Source: Antedon mediterranea (Eukaryota > Animalia > Echinodermata). Taken from it: 64,000 bases of DNA. The notes under the pieces are model-generated. The model saw only the letters and a program-made list of their open reading frames with translations. It ran no database searches and had not been told where the DNA came from. Where the stretch lies: contig NC_092675.1 of assembly GCF_964355755.1 (NCBI RefSeq), forward strand, positions 5,451,812 through 5,515,811, written 5' to 3'. Positions within the stretch are counted from its first letter, which is position 1. Each line of letters starts with the position of its first letter. The translations under genes and the position numbers were made by a program. Shown piece by piece: positions 42,601 to 57,600 of the stretch.

Positions 42601-45600
42601 GAGTTCGGAAAATTTAAATAGCAATAAAAATATATATTATTAAAAAACTTATACAAAAATGTATAGCAAATATATTTGAAGATTATTAATAATTATCATT
42701 ATATTTCATTAATTGTAGATATTTACTTTATATTTCATGTGACTTAATTTAATAGTTAATTGTTCTATGTTTGTACTACATATCCTAGGTTAAACAAGAA
42801 ATAAATAAATTTAAAAAATAACATTATGAACAATATAATTGTGTAAATAGTGAACACAAGCAAATTGATTTAAATGGTGCGAATAGTAAATTCTAATATT
42901 AACATATACAATTACCAGATCTTGATTTATTACTATGATTTTAAATATTGCCTGTAAACGCTGTTTTAGTATTGGTTTAGATATTATAGTCATATATTTC
43001 ATTTTCACAATCTTCGGTTATTCTATTAAAACAAGCTGTGATAACAGTTAGAGCAATGATTAGTTAAACACAATAATATATTATTTATTATAAATGCTAT
43101 TTGCTGTCTGACATTGTATATAATAAACACTAAGTAGAGCAGCACAATCTGCAGACACTTCTTGTAACAAAAATGTATTCGATGGAAACTACAGTGATTC
43201 TGAGAAATTTACCGCTGTAGATTTGGATACATATTTCTTTACAGAAAATTACCAGTTACTTTATTTTTACCATTTTGTTAATTTGACTGAAAACTATTGT
43301 TTTTATAATACCTTGGTACCGTATTTGTATTTTTTTTAATGTTTTAAACTTACACATGCAGGTGTTATATATCATAATGTTTTTGAAGAAATTTAAAAAG
43401 TATGATTTTTTAGGTGGAAAATGGCTTCTATTTTGCATACAAAATGCTTTAACTTAATATATGCTTTGTGAATTGATAGTAATGATGTGTCCATGGATTT
43501 GATAAATCTAATTTGCTTGACTTTTGTTTTTGTTTTTCCCATAGTAGATTAATGTACTGTATTATTGTCTAATAGTAGAAAATAATTGTTTTATATTTAT
43601 TATCTGACCTCTATTTGATGTTTTATCCTGATGCAGCTGCTTCAATGACCTTATTAAATTGATAGTTTAATGTAATATATTATATACAGTTCAATTGCAA
43701 CACAATCCATACATTATATTTGTATCACCTAGGAAATATTATACAAATAATGAATGTTTTAATGAAGAGAATATTTCATGATTTAGAAGATTGAGTTTCT
43801 ATTTAACAAGACAGAGCTGCGTTACATAGGACATATATTCGGGTTTATATATAAATTCAATGGCAAATTACTGAAAAAATGACAATGCTCTTGGTATTCG
43901 GGTGTATATATAAATATAAATCAAAAGGCAAAATACTAAAAAAATGACACGGCTAAATCATAATCACAAATAAAAAAGAAAAAACATAAATCAAAACTAT
44001 AAAGTTTTGTAAAAAAGTCAGACAAAAATTGCTATATTTGTGTACGTTAAAATTATTAGAATTAGTAGAATTTTTATGTATATGTATTGCATTGATATTT
44101 AAAAAATATGTTCAATATTATGAGGATTATTATTTGTTCTGTTACCGTATATAAATAATGTATTTGCGTAGTTGTACTGTGTATTCAACTTTGGCATTTT
44201 CAGCAAGTTTCCGGGGAAATATTGATATATATGTTGTCGTGTTGCTCTATTCTTTAATTCATCATTATTGCATTTATTATAAGTCAAATAAACAGTGTTA
44301 TAGATTTGTTTATTGTTAATGGTTGCCAAGAAATTTAATAAAACCTGTATCATTTATGTTTGAAACGTTATTCCTACAAACAAACTGATAAATCTTTTGT
44401 AGAAAAAATGTATTATCAGCATTGTCATTTTTTTCAGTAATTTGCCTTTGGATTTAATATATATATATATTAAATCCAAAGGCAAATTACTGAAAAAAAT
44501 GACAATGCTGTGGGTATCAGTGGCTGGATCTCAATGGAGATACAAAAATAAAAAGCGAAAAGCTAAATCAAAACGATAAAGTAAACAGCCAGAAAAGTTA
44601 CCAGAGCTTTCGGGCAACACTAGCCCTTCATCAGTGCAAATATATATATATATATACTTTTTTTTATCAGTTTTATCGTTTTCTAGACGAAGGAAAGAAA
44701 TGAAATAAGAGTGGGTTGACAGAAAACCGTGTTTGTGGTGACGGTGTTCCAAAATTTCGCACTAAAAACTAAACATGTAAATACGTGTTGGCGTTAATTG
44801 TTTTGAATGTTGACAGAGTTTGCCTTCTCTATCTTGTTTTGATGCTTCAAACATTCAAGATTTTACACCTGTTTTTTACCTTTTTTTTTAGGTCATACAG
44901 ATTGCAACAACAGATGAAGACAACCAGTTTTATTTCTATAATGATGTCATGAACTTGATGGAAGACCCACACAAATATCATGTACAGTTCTTTGATGACT
45001 TTCAAACAACAGAAGAGGTCTATGCCCAATATCTACTCTCTAGGCCCAAGACAAAATACTTACGACTGCCCTTCTGCAGTAGCAGTTCACCTTCAGAGGA
45101 CGCTGTGGACAGTTTTCTCAGTCTTGTAAAGGTATGAATATGTAATCTTATTTCGTGCCTAGCTTACCTGGATAAACCGACAGTAGCCCTTTCTCGAGCG
45201 AGATGTAACTCAAAAAGTAGAAATTGTATGTGTTTTGTTTATTTTGTGCTCAGCTTACCTTGATAAAAACTAACAACAGCCTCTGCTCAAAGAGCTATAG
45301 ATATAAAAAAAAATATAAAATTCATAAATTAAAAATGTCTATTTATTATTTATTGTGTATAAACTATTAATGTGTTGAAATAACTACTAATAAATAACTG
45401 TCACGCTATCTACTGTAATGTAATGTATGATTTCATATTATTGATTTTCTTGACCCATACTTTCATTTAAAATGTTTATCAGGTTATTAAACTCATTATC
45501 TAACTCAGGGTCACAATGCAGATATTGTTCTATTGCAGCACTTTAGAATTATTGTAGACCTATTTAACAAAAGTCATGTATTTTCTAAGTTAAATGATAT

Positions 45601-48600
45601 TCTGTTGATTTAAGAACTCTCACTGTTTTTGTTTTGATTTTACAATGCTTTACATAATTGCTTCTTTGGACATTATATTAAGAGGGTGGCTAGCTTACTA
45701 CAACAAACCGACAAATCGACAATAGCTTATCTTTCCGATATTTTATTTCACATAAACATGATGGTGAAAAGAAATGAAACAATGGGATGTAGAAATGGTC
45801 TCACTAGAAGGTGTGGTTTGCAGAAGATTCCATAATTTGTTTATGTAAATGTATCCTTATTGTGGAAGAGGAAAAAGAAGAAACACAAACCCATCATTCC
45901 ATCTATTCAAGATATATTTTTAAAAATTAAATAAATAAAACTGAAAATGATCTCTCTTTGCCATTAGCAGTATGTATATTTTATAAAATATTTCATTCCA
46001 TAGGAAATGCCTGGCTTCTTTGACCATGCGAACACAACCTTACCAGCTTTTGTTGTTAATTGTCAAACTGGCCAAGGACGAACAACAGTTGCGATGGTCA
46101 TGTGTTGTCTACTTCTATCACATAAAAGAGGATATCAGGAACAAATCGGGTAAATATTCATATTTAATTTTTCTATGTTGTTTCTATTGTAGTGTGGTTC
46201 TTAATATTTTGAGATCACCAGAGATATTCTGTGCAGACCCCTTCGGTTCTTTGCTGAGATCACCAGAGATATTCTGTGCAGACCCCTTCGGTTCTTTGCT
46301 GAGATCACCAGAGATATTCTGTGCAGACCCCTTCGGTTCTTTGCTGAGATCACCAGAGATATTCTGTGCAGACCCCTTCGGTTCTTTGCTGAGATCACCA
46401 GAGATATTCTGTGCAGACCCCTTCGGTTCTTTGCTGAGATCACCAGAGATATTCTGTGCAGACCCCTTTGGTTCTTTGCTGAGATCACCAGAGATATTCT
46501 GTGCAGACCCCTTTGCTTCTTTGCTGAGATCACCAGAGATATTCTGTGCAGACCCCTTCGGTTCTTTGCTGAGATCACCAGAGATATTCTGTGCAGACCC
46601 TTTTGGTTCTTTGCTGAGATCACCAGAGATATTCTGTGCAGACCCCTTTGGTTCTTTGCTGAGATCACCAGAGATATTCTGTGCAGACCCCATTGGTTCT
46701 TTGCTGAGATCACCAGAGATATTTTGTGCAGACACCCTTGGTTCTTTGCTGAGATCACCAGAGATATTCTGTGCAGACCTCTTTGGTTCTTTGCTGAGAT
46801 CACCAGAGATATTCTGTGCAGACCCCTTTGGTTCTTTGCTGAGATCACCAGAGATATTCTGTCCAGACCCCTTTGGTTCTTTGCTGAGATCACCAGAGAT
46901 ATTTTGTGCAGACCCCTTTGGTTCTTTGCTGAGATCACCAGAGATATTCTGTGCAGACCTCTTTGGTTCTTTGCTGAGATCACCAGAGATATTCTGTGCA
47001 GACCCCTTTGGTTCTTTGCTGAGATCACCAGAGATATTCTGTGCAGACCCCTTTGGTTTTTGCTGAGATCACCAGAGATATTCTGTGCAGACCTCTTTGG
47101 TTCTTTGCTGAGATCACCAGAGATATTCTGTGCAGACCCCTTTAGTTCTTTGCTGAGATCACCAGAGATATTCTGTGCAGACCCCTTTGGTTCTTTGCTT
47201 ATAGTCTATGGGATCAGTCTGTTAAGTATGTAATAATCTTGTAAAATTACAGAATATTGTTTTTTTTAAATTTTCTACCTCATGGTCTTGCTTTTTATTT
47301 TCATAAAGTAGAAACTTCAAGACCCCCATAATGTCCCTTTAATAGGTGTGTTCCCTAAATAGGTTTTGGCTCTAATGTTTAAACATAAATTTCCCCTCAT
47401 TCTTTTCACAGAAAAGGGGTGTCACAAAGGAGGGGTAATTCTTCTCTGTAGCTATAAATTTATAAATTAAATAGAGGGTGTCATTTCAAGTATATTAGAA
47501 ACTAACTAAAACTTTTTTTCAGTGGTGCTAAAATACCAAAGCATGAAGTGAAAAAGGAAGAACAAGGGCAGTTCCTGAGCGTATGTAAACTAGTAGAATT
47601 GTTACCAAATGGCTTGGAGATACAGAAAGAGGTAAGAATAAGATTTTATTCATCTTATCTAAGATAAAGCTTTCAGTCTGACATTTAACTCGTCATGATT
47701 TCCAGTTAAATATGTCTGTTATATTTTTGGTTAAATTTAAAAGTGATTTATGGTAATTGAAACTTTACGTTTGACTAATGAAACAAAACTATTTGATGCA
47801 TAGGGTGATCAAAGATTGTATACAACAATCTTAATCGCCTATTCCACACGTAATGCTAAATAGCATATCATGTATGCACAAAATAGTAAGTAATTCTGTT
47901 TTTTTCACTTCTTCTATCATTCTTCTCAATACTGGTACAAAATCAGAAAATCGATTGGGTAAACGTTGTACACATTGTTCATTGAATGGCTGCAGTGAAA
48001 TAAGCTAAAATTTTACATTTATTGTAGAAAAATGTAGTTAACACTGCAATAATAATGTTGACACGTTCCCTTTAGTTTAACACTTCGATTTACCATCTCC
48101 CTATTTCAAAATCCTATATCCTAGAAATATAATTATGAGTTTAGAATACAAATTTTGAAACATGGTATATTATCTATTCTGTGCAGATATTTCTGTCGTA
48201 TCTGTCTACCGTATGATTGACTTTCTTATTGGGTAGTGAATACTTGATTAAATTGTTCAATGTAGCAGTGATACAGGACATGTAAATATTGACTCCATTT
48301 TAGCTGACATAACCATGTTGCTTGTTTTCATTAAGTATTCTATATGATGCTAGACATTAAAGGGACAGTTAAAACAGTATGTCCTTACAAATAAGTGTTT
48401 GTAAATACTAACATTTAAAGTTGATTCTTAAACTTACTGCCAGTCAGCATTTTAATAATAGATTCATTAATTTTTAAATTAAAATTTCAAAGATTTTATT
48501 TTATCTATCCACAACAATAATTTATCTTAAGACCATTTTAAATTCTCTATTCCATTTCCGGAAAGGAATGGAAATGGATTCCCAGTAATGTAAAGGATTC

Positions 48601-51600
48601 TTATTTCTGATAAACTTATAAATTAAAACCTATTATATCTTCAAATTGCATGTTATGTGAACATTACATTGAATATCATATTACCTTCAGATTTGTTACT
48701 GCATAATACACAAACTGCTTGTGGATACTGTAATATATTAGACACTGATACATGTTAGGCTATTAAAGAAATAACCTTTATTTGCCTTGGACAAAAATCC
48801 TTTTAACGATAGAATAAATTTAACTATCGTCATATGTGTCAATCATTTCAACATCTTTCTTATATGTAGAGTGTTGCAGTATTTGTTAAATAATGTTTAG
48901 TTTCATTAAGTTAATAATTGCGTAGTTTAAAACCTTCCCAGTACAAATTTCGATGCTCCAGTACTCCCAACCAACAACAAAAAAGACATCAATATAAACA
49001 TTCTTAAGCTCTGTCTACAATATCAAACTTTATGTGACAAAAAAATGTGATATGCCCATATATGGACATGATGATGTCATATCACTACTGTATTTGGGCA
49101 TATCACCACCATATTTGGGCAAATCACACTTTTTTTGTCAAACTAGATTGATAGTGTAGACAGAGCTTTACAGTTGCAGTCATTTGATACCCCATGTGTT
49201 TTAACAAACTAACATCCTACAAGGGACATTTAGACCTCTTTTTTGGCACTATTTTGGATCCAAGTTAGCAGATAATATTAAAACTTACATATTCTCAGTA
49301 CAATTGTAGTCATTTCGATACCCCATCTATATGCATACAGTAGGAGGAATGTTTATAACATGCAAGTTCTATCTATTATAATATACTGTACCACGATATA
49401 ACACTTCCCCTTTATCCAAATTTACAACTGGTCCTAAGCTAAAGCTTGGTTTCCACTAGGACGCAACGCAAGGACATAAACGCAACGCAACAATTGACCA
49501 ATCCAAGCGACAGTTCAGATAATCTATCGCTTGTGATTGGTCAAGTTACTTACGTTGCGCTTACGTCTTAGTGTTGCATCCTTGTGGGAACCAAGCTTAA
49601 GTGTTGAAAAATTAGAGGTTGCTCATTCTATGCTTTAATCCAGAGACTTTCTTTTATACGATTGTCCCAATTAAATTAGAGGAACCTGCATAGATCAAAA
49701 TTATATATCATTATTGAAATGGTGTAAAGCTTTTATGCTTTCAAATAAATTAATCAGGATGTGATTTTCAAAGCATGCCTGTTAGAGATTATGATTATTG
49801 TTTTTGATACAAACAAGGTTATGACTTGAACTGGTAAGTGTTTAATATATTATGTTGTTGATCTCATTTTCCAATGGATTAATTAAATGCAAACTCTCAA
49901 ATTCAAGGCAGGTATAAAGTGTAATTACTTATTACCTCTTACATGGAGTCATGCTCTTGAGAAAACAGGTTGTTAATTAAAATATCTCTTTAATTCTGCT
50001 GCTGAGTGCTTGCAAAGTGTGGTTTCATCATTCAAGTTTCATGTTAATATCGTACTGAATACCCCACAAAAATTAATTTTAATCCCTAAGTGAAGATCTT
50101 CTGTTTTAAACTTTCATCTGTTCTTGCCTAAATTTACACCATATTCATTATTTTAAAAACATTATAGGAGACAATTGATTCCAAGTTCAACTTCAGGTTT
50201 ACACCTTTTCCCAAAAGTATATTGATGATATATTTGAAAACAAAGCAAACTAAAGCTCTGTTTACACTATCAAACTAGTTTGACAAAATATATTAATTAT
50301 AGAGTTAATGTGATTGTTTCCACCAGCATCAAATCTAAATTCTATTGCCTTCTCTCAACTTAATTATATAGAACACATTGTACTTAAAGCTCTATCTACA
50401 TTATCAAACTAGTTTGACAAAAAAAGTGGCCAAATAGTGATATGCTCAAATATGGTAGTGATATGACATCATCAAGTCCATACATAGGCTTATCACTATT
50501 TTTTTTTCACGTAAAGTTTGGTAGTATATGTAGACAGAATTTAAAGCAGGCTGTGAAAGTAATTATGTATGCAAACTAATCAAACGATTGCATACAGCAT
50601 CAACACCATTAATTAAACACACACTTTAAAGTGCGTCATATTATGCAATTCTGTCAAAATTAGATCGATATTTGTTGAAACATCCAATCAATTAAGTGTT
50701 TTAATTGTCCATTAACTGAGTATATGAAATGAAACCAAAATATATAACAAATTTAATCAATATAGAATGTTTGGTTTGTGTGGTTGTGTTTTGATTGAAA
50801 TCAAAATAAAAACAACTGAAACGAAAATGAAATTAAACCAGTAGAAACAGACTTAATTCATGTTTTAGAAAATTATATCAACATATGAAAAAATAATACA
50901 CATATGGATTTTCTAATGTCATTCTCTTTTATCGCATAGTAATGTTTTGATTTTAATTTGTAGATTTTTTCTCTAATGAAATCTGACTTTACTATGTGGA
51001 AGAAATAAATTACATAAGATTTCTAAGAGTCCATTAGTTCTCTTCTTAATATCCATTAGTGTAATAAAGAAATAAGTAATCTGAATTTCTTAAAATAAAA
51101 TCAAGATTGCTGGTTCTGAGATTTTCAATTTTGAATTTCCATTCTAAGCTGGTAATAATTATACTTGTTAACCTTGGCAAAATGATCGTTGATGGTTGCT
51201 AAGGTAGTTGATTAAAGCTATGTTTGTCTTGATTGGTTTTTGACGCATTATTTCCGTATTTGTTTATTTGAGTTTTGAGTATCACATCATGTTAATATAT
51301 GGTGTTATTCACCTTAACTGAATTAAAGAAAATCATTATAGTTCATGAAATATAAATGTATCTCATAATCCAGTGCTCATAAACACCATATTATTCCATT
51401 GCTCAAAAACATGTGGTAAGCAAACAAATATGCCATTCCAAAAAACAATACAAATGCAATACGTAGCAACAAATGCCATACTAATTACAAGACATGCCAA
51501 TGCTAATTACACTATAGTTTAATAATATTATTATTAATATTTTTTGTATTTCAATGTTTTTTAAAGGGGCAACTGACTCTTAGAGTTATAGTAATTGTTT

Positions 51601-54600
51601 TTCTTTAGTTGCCCCTAACCACTTGTGCTTTGTTTCTGTTCTGTTGGTTGAATAAATAAATAAAAAATGAAATGAAAATATATAAATAATAATTGTTTAT
51701 GAGTGTAATGGTACAAATAATTGCATGAGGTGAATGATGAAAGGGGATATTTCAACAACGCAAAGCCAATAAAATGACAGGAATTTATGTAGGTGTTAAT
51801 ATATAATAACATATATTTATGAATTTTTTTTAGGTTGATGTTATGATTAACATCTGTGGAGAATTAATCAACATACGTGAAGAAATGTACGACAGTAAAA
51901 ATAAAATGACTAATTTACAACAGGATTATAACATTAATGTAAGTTACTACTTTGGGAAAGATACTTGGATACCTTTTGGATATCAACGCCCTTGTGTTTG
52001 ATATACACCCGATCGATAATAACAAATAACAATCGGTCAAACTTTCCACTTTTCATATATTATTGCTACTGTAGTGAGTAAGCCAAATGCACAGGGGTTC
52101 ATCCATTCCATCAACAATCTTCGACATTACTATTTATAACATCAAAAGATATTCAAACAGCCAGCTGGGTCTCATAAAAAGAACAGTGCATAAAATTAAT
52201 TATAATTCAATAACTTTAATCATTCAACACATTAATGATTGTATATTGGTACAGGTAGCTTAACGAGGAAATGACAAATTATTTTAGTCATGTGTAAAGT
52301 GATTTATATTCTGTAGTTATATAATTATTTTAATTGTATTATGTGAAGTATATTTGAAAACTGTATTTTCTTGAAAAGGAAACTGAAGAAATAAGTTATT
52401 TAATAATAAAACTTTGCAATCAAGTTTCCTACAAATCCACAACAAAATCCATGTTGAAGATGGTTGAAACTCAATTTAATTTAATCTCTTAAAATAAATT
52501 GATATGTATGTATCAATTATCAAAGCAACATAAACAGAAATAGTTTTTGCATCCTATTAATGTCTTAGAACCTAGATTTTCATCATAAAAGCAGGATATG
52601 AAAATGTGCACATTTTTAGATTCAGCAAACTTAGTTGGATATTGTAGGTAAAAAAAAGTAAAAAGTTTCATAATTCATAATTTCATTCATAATTTCATTC
52701 ATAATAACCATAAACAATGGGATTTCTTTTCAGTTATGGCATCCTCCACTATCTACAGCTATTTTGACCTTCATTCAGATCCAAGCATCTGAATATTGAG
52801 ATACCCCTCATGAAATAATCTCTAATCAAATGTTGTGTTTGTAGACCCATAATCTTTCAAATTGTAATATTTTTATTGCAATACACGTTTTTCAGGGAGT
52901 CAGTGCAAGGTCATATTTTCTATCTAGAACTCTCAAATACTTGGAACGATACTGTTTTCTCATCATTTTCAATGCCTACTTACATGATCAGGTTAGTTTT
53001 ATTTTATCCTCAACTGTTGACAGATTTACACCTAGTATGCATTCACATAGTGCATATTTACTTCAAGGCCGTAGCGAGAGGTTAGAAACAGACGAGGAAA
53101 AGATGCTTTAAATATAATCATTAATATAAAATATGACAATCTATGCTGGGGAATTGAGGTTGGTGGTGAAAATTGAACATTTTAGACGCAGCATGCTGGC
53201 TACGGCCCTGTACATGTTTTCTAATTTTATGTAAATTGTTTTCATTAGATTTTTTTATTTACAGCAAGAAACTTATAAAAATATAGTTTGTTTATTAGCA
53301 ACTTATTGTTATGTGATAATTATTTATGAATATCATTTAATAATAATAATAATTTTGTAGTTTTCGCAAATGTTTCTTTGTTCATTCCAATCATGGATGC
53401 GGCAACGGCCAGAGTTCGTTCGACTTCTCTCCCAGAAGAACTGTACCCAGGAAAATGCTACAAGTTCAATTTTAACAAAAGCGGGCTGTGTGTTGGTAAG
53501 CTAATGATACTTTCTTTCTTCTTATGAAACATGTTCTGTTGTACTAAATGTACTCTTTAAAATCAGTTAAGATACTAGACAACATGTCTGTAAAGCCATA
53601 CGATATTGTAATATCTTCTATGCATACATATATACATATCTTTCTCTATTATATAAATAATTCAATAGGGATAATAGGGATATTATAGTATAATTTCTCT
53701 ATTATATATAAATAATTCAATTTAATTTTATTTTGTCCTCAGTAAAAAGCAAAAAATATTGAGTGTATTTCATAGAATATAAAAATATATACCGTAATAA
53801 TACTTTTTGATGGCGAGTATGATAATAGTTTTGGTTTCTTCAAGCTTGATTGATTTCAAGAGGAATTATCTTATGTCTTCTGTCTTCTTTCTACTTTACG
53901 TCCAAATTGACCACATTGGATAAAAGTCTTCATATGGCTTAAATAACATCTTTGCTCAGATTAGGAATTTGTACACTACATATTTATATCAAATACAGTA
54001 TATAAGTGCTATCCATGTTGTTTTTGATTGAGATTTAACAAACAAAAATGCATTACATTGTGTTCTGTGTTTTATAGGTATCAGATGAATCCTTTGAATC
54101 AGATGTAATGGGTTCGAAATTAGATGTTGGTGTCTCCAATTTCCGCAGTGTTGCAGGTATCCCAACATATGGCATGGCTCAGCCTACATTCAAGGTATAA
54201 AAGTCAACATTTCATTATCAACTTAACTACTAACTAACATTATTTGGAATTTAGATCTATTTTAATAGAGCATTTTATCTTTTATGAATTTGTTGGTACC
54301 ATTGCACTTATAAACATTCATTATTTGTATACTATTGTATAAACTATTTAACTCTATATACCTTTACAGGGTTTAGAACAACTCATGTCCTATTTAACAG
54401 ACAATAAGCATAGGCATCCTGTAGTGCACTTGTTTAATCTACGTTCAGATCTGGTTGTGGACTGCAATGGAGAAACCTACTCACCAAAAAGTAAAAATGA
54501 TCTTGGTACAAATATCTTTCATGCGAATATAAGTATTGAAGATGTTGAAGAAAAAGAGACACGGTTAAAGAATGAAATTTTGTCGGACAAAAGTTCGTTA

Positions 54601-57600
54601 GAGGTAATTAATTATTAATACCACAGAATAGTTTAAATTCAATTCATTTTAGGCGCAGATAAACTCATGGTTGTTATGAATACATTTATTATTATTATTG
54701 TTTTCTGACTAGACTAGGAGGCACCAGATCCCTGAAAAGATCAAGACTAATGTTGTGAAACCTCTAAGCGCTGAACATTATTACTGATGCTAACTGGGGT
54801 TCTTACACACTGATCTCCTATTTAGCGTTGATGGTGTATCCCCATACTCCGGTTTGGGTGCTAGCTTCGTGTTTTTGTCTTTTTGTTCTCTTCCTTTTGT
54901 TTTCCACTCTTTCTCTTTATTGTCGAGCGCATAGAGACATCGTTTATTTGCGCTATATAAATCTATCTACTACTATATTCTCCTCCTATTCTTACCAATT
55001 TCAGTGCGTTAAATGTCTATATTTCTTTTAGGTACCTGTGTTTGTTTATTCTTTTTCTATTCATTTGTTTTATAGGTACACACAGATATCAAACAACCAT
55101 CAGTTAATATGGAGTTCAAAAGTGTCATGACAATGAGAGAAATGTATGAAAGTAAAGTGTCTGATGGTGACAAATTGATATATCATCATTTTCCTATGAG
55201 CAATTATGAGAACTCGCCTACAGAGGAGGTATTTCATTTACTTTTCTGTTCACTAGTTGTCTGGAATTGAAGCCAATTTTATTATTTGAACAGTGGTCCT
55301 CCAGTACTTCAGCTATGAAAGAATAGTTTTTTAACCTAAAACTGACATATGGATCAATTTACTTGCAATGATGGCCTCTGGTTTCTAACCATGTTTTTTA
55401 TATATCTTAATGCCGCATTTTGTCCACATGTTCAAACTTTAGTCCCTCATCGGCTGCTGTGAACCTGTAGAGGGCCTAATTATGTGCTATAGACATCTTT
55501 TGCCACATTTTCTATTCTGTACGTTTGCACAGAGCTACTTATGCTTTTAAATATAGTATACATATATAATTGGTTTTAAAAAGAATTTTGACAGTATCAT
55601 GGCTGTACTGCAAGACCTGAAAGAGTTCTATACTGACGAGGATGGACCAGCATTGTTATTTAGCTGTCACAATGGCAAAACATGGACCACCGTTGGAATG
55701 ATCATAGCAGGTCTTGTATGTTGGCACAAAAGGGTAAGTTCCAACACAACACAAGAATTGTGGCTCTCACACAACTCAAACCTTTTTGAAACATTTATTT
55801 ACAGATCATTCTAGACTAAATGAATAATGCTTAACATAACTTTGTGTAAAGAGAGGAAAGTGTATAACTAAACAGTTATTGTCTTTACCAGGGTTTTCCT
55901 GTTGGAACAAAAGTTGGCCAACAAGAAAGAGTAAGCTTACCAAATGCAGAATATACTAAAGGAGAATTTGCGGTAAGATGAATACATGTCAACATAGGCC
56001 TAAGGTTGTCAAAATTCTACATATCTACCATATTTTATTCCAACTATTATTCACTTCATTGTTCCTTATTTTGACTTGCTTTTAACCCTGAAACTCATTT
56101 TTATTTTTTATTACACCTTATTTATAGAGGGTATCTACGTATGCTGACAATCAAGGGCCATGTGTATACTAACTAGTACACCGGGATAACCTCCTACTCG
56201 TCCCGAAAGATGTACTAGGTTCTTTAAAATTGCACATGAGCTATGTGTACACTGTACCTACGGTTTATAGTCCTTATTCAATAAGACTTGTTCTACCACC
56301 AGAACCATGGAGCGAGTGATGCTCGAACCCTTGCCGATGTTAACATGGCTAGGTATTACGGTTCCACTGTCTTTACTGCTTGGCCACTCACTCCCTCAGT
56401 GGTATAAAGTTAGGGTACCTAAACTTCTTAATTATACTTTTTTAACTGCCATTATCTCCAATAATTTCTGTATTCCCTTATCAATCTTGTCTTTTCTTTC
56501 CTCTCTTTATCAATCACTAAATAGTGTCATAGAAAAGTCTTTCTGTTGGGTGTACATAAAGCTGTAAGGGTATAAATATTTCTACTTTAGGCTATTTGCA
56601 TTGTACTTCTAAACCGTAAAGTCAATGAAAACTTACTAAAGTACTAAAGTATTTATCTTTAATTGATACAGATTGTAATGGAGCTGGTACGAAGGCTACC
56701 TAAAGGGTTACAGGTCAAACGTGAAGTTGACCTGATGTTGGACAAATGTTCAGAAACCATGACTCCAATGCACTACCATCTCAGAGAAATTATCTTTTCA
56801 ACCTGCAACAAGGTAAGCATTATATGTTAGTTATTTGTGACAGTAACAAGAGGAATTAATAATGTATTATTTTAATAATAATATTGGTTTTTAATAATAA
56901 TATTCGTTTTTTATACAGAGCTTATTGCACAATGCTTCTAAGCGCTTCACATTATTACCCCAGTCATTTTTTGGACCAAACACGATGTAAACATACTCCC
57001 ATAATGCAGCTAGTAATCAGCGCAAAGTTGTGTCTTGATGAAAGTCAAGTATCTTGCCTAAGGATACAAGCAATACGATCAGTAGTCCAACGTCACACAC
57101 ACTGCGCCACACCCCCTTACTTATTTTAGTTTATAATGGATTTAAAGATGTATTGCCTAAAAACATACTCAGAAATTGATATGAAAATCAATTAAGTTCT
57201 CAAAGTAACACAAAATATAAATGTATCAGGGGGGTTACCACCTATCTGATAGGACAGTGATTAATTTATTATTGGTAATCTATGGCCACATTGCCTAAAG
57301 ACATAACATTTTAAAAAATAAATAAAAAATTTATATATAGAAGAAATTACAAATAAACTTACTTCTAATTAAAGATAGAATCATTTGAATCATGATAATT
57401 ATACATACAAGGCATGTAGGCTGTACATTCAAGATAATACATAATAATAATAATAAAATACAGTATAATACAATTATGAACAAGTGTATGATTTTATTTT
57501 ATTTTTATTTATTTCAACAATATTTTACAAGCTGATCATTAGGGACCCTCACACAAATACATCATGAAAAGACATAAACATGTAACAATAAAAATAAAAT

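Noticed and set aside
42164-47199. CRISPR-like appearance of the 47-bp and 45-bp arrays
   Set aside because: Head-to-tail repeats with no unique spacers, in eukaryotic introns, with no cas genes.
46020-47233. Long repeat ORFs (348, 275, 183, 169 aa)
   Set aside because: They arise from the 45-bp intronic minisatellite; the real exon 5 is in another frame and splices out at 46149.
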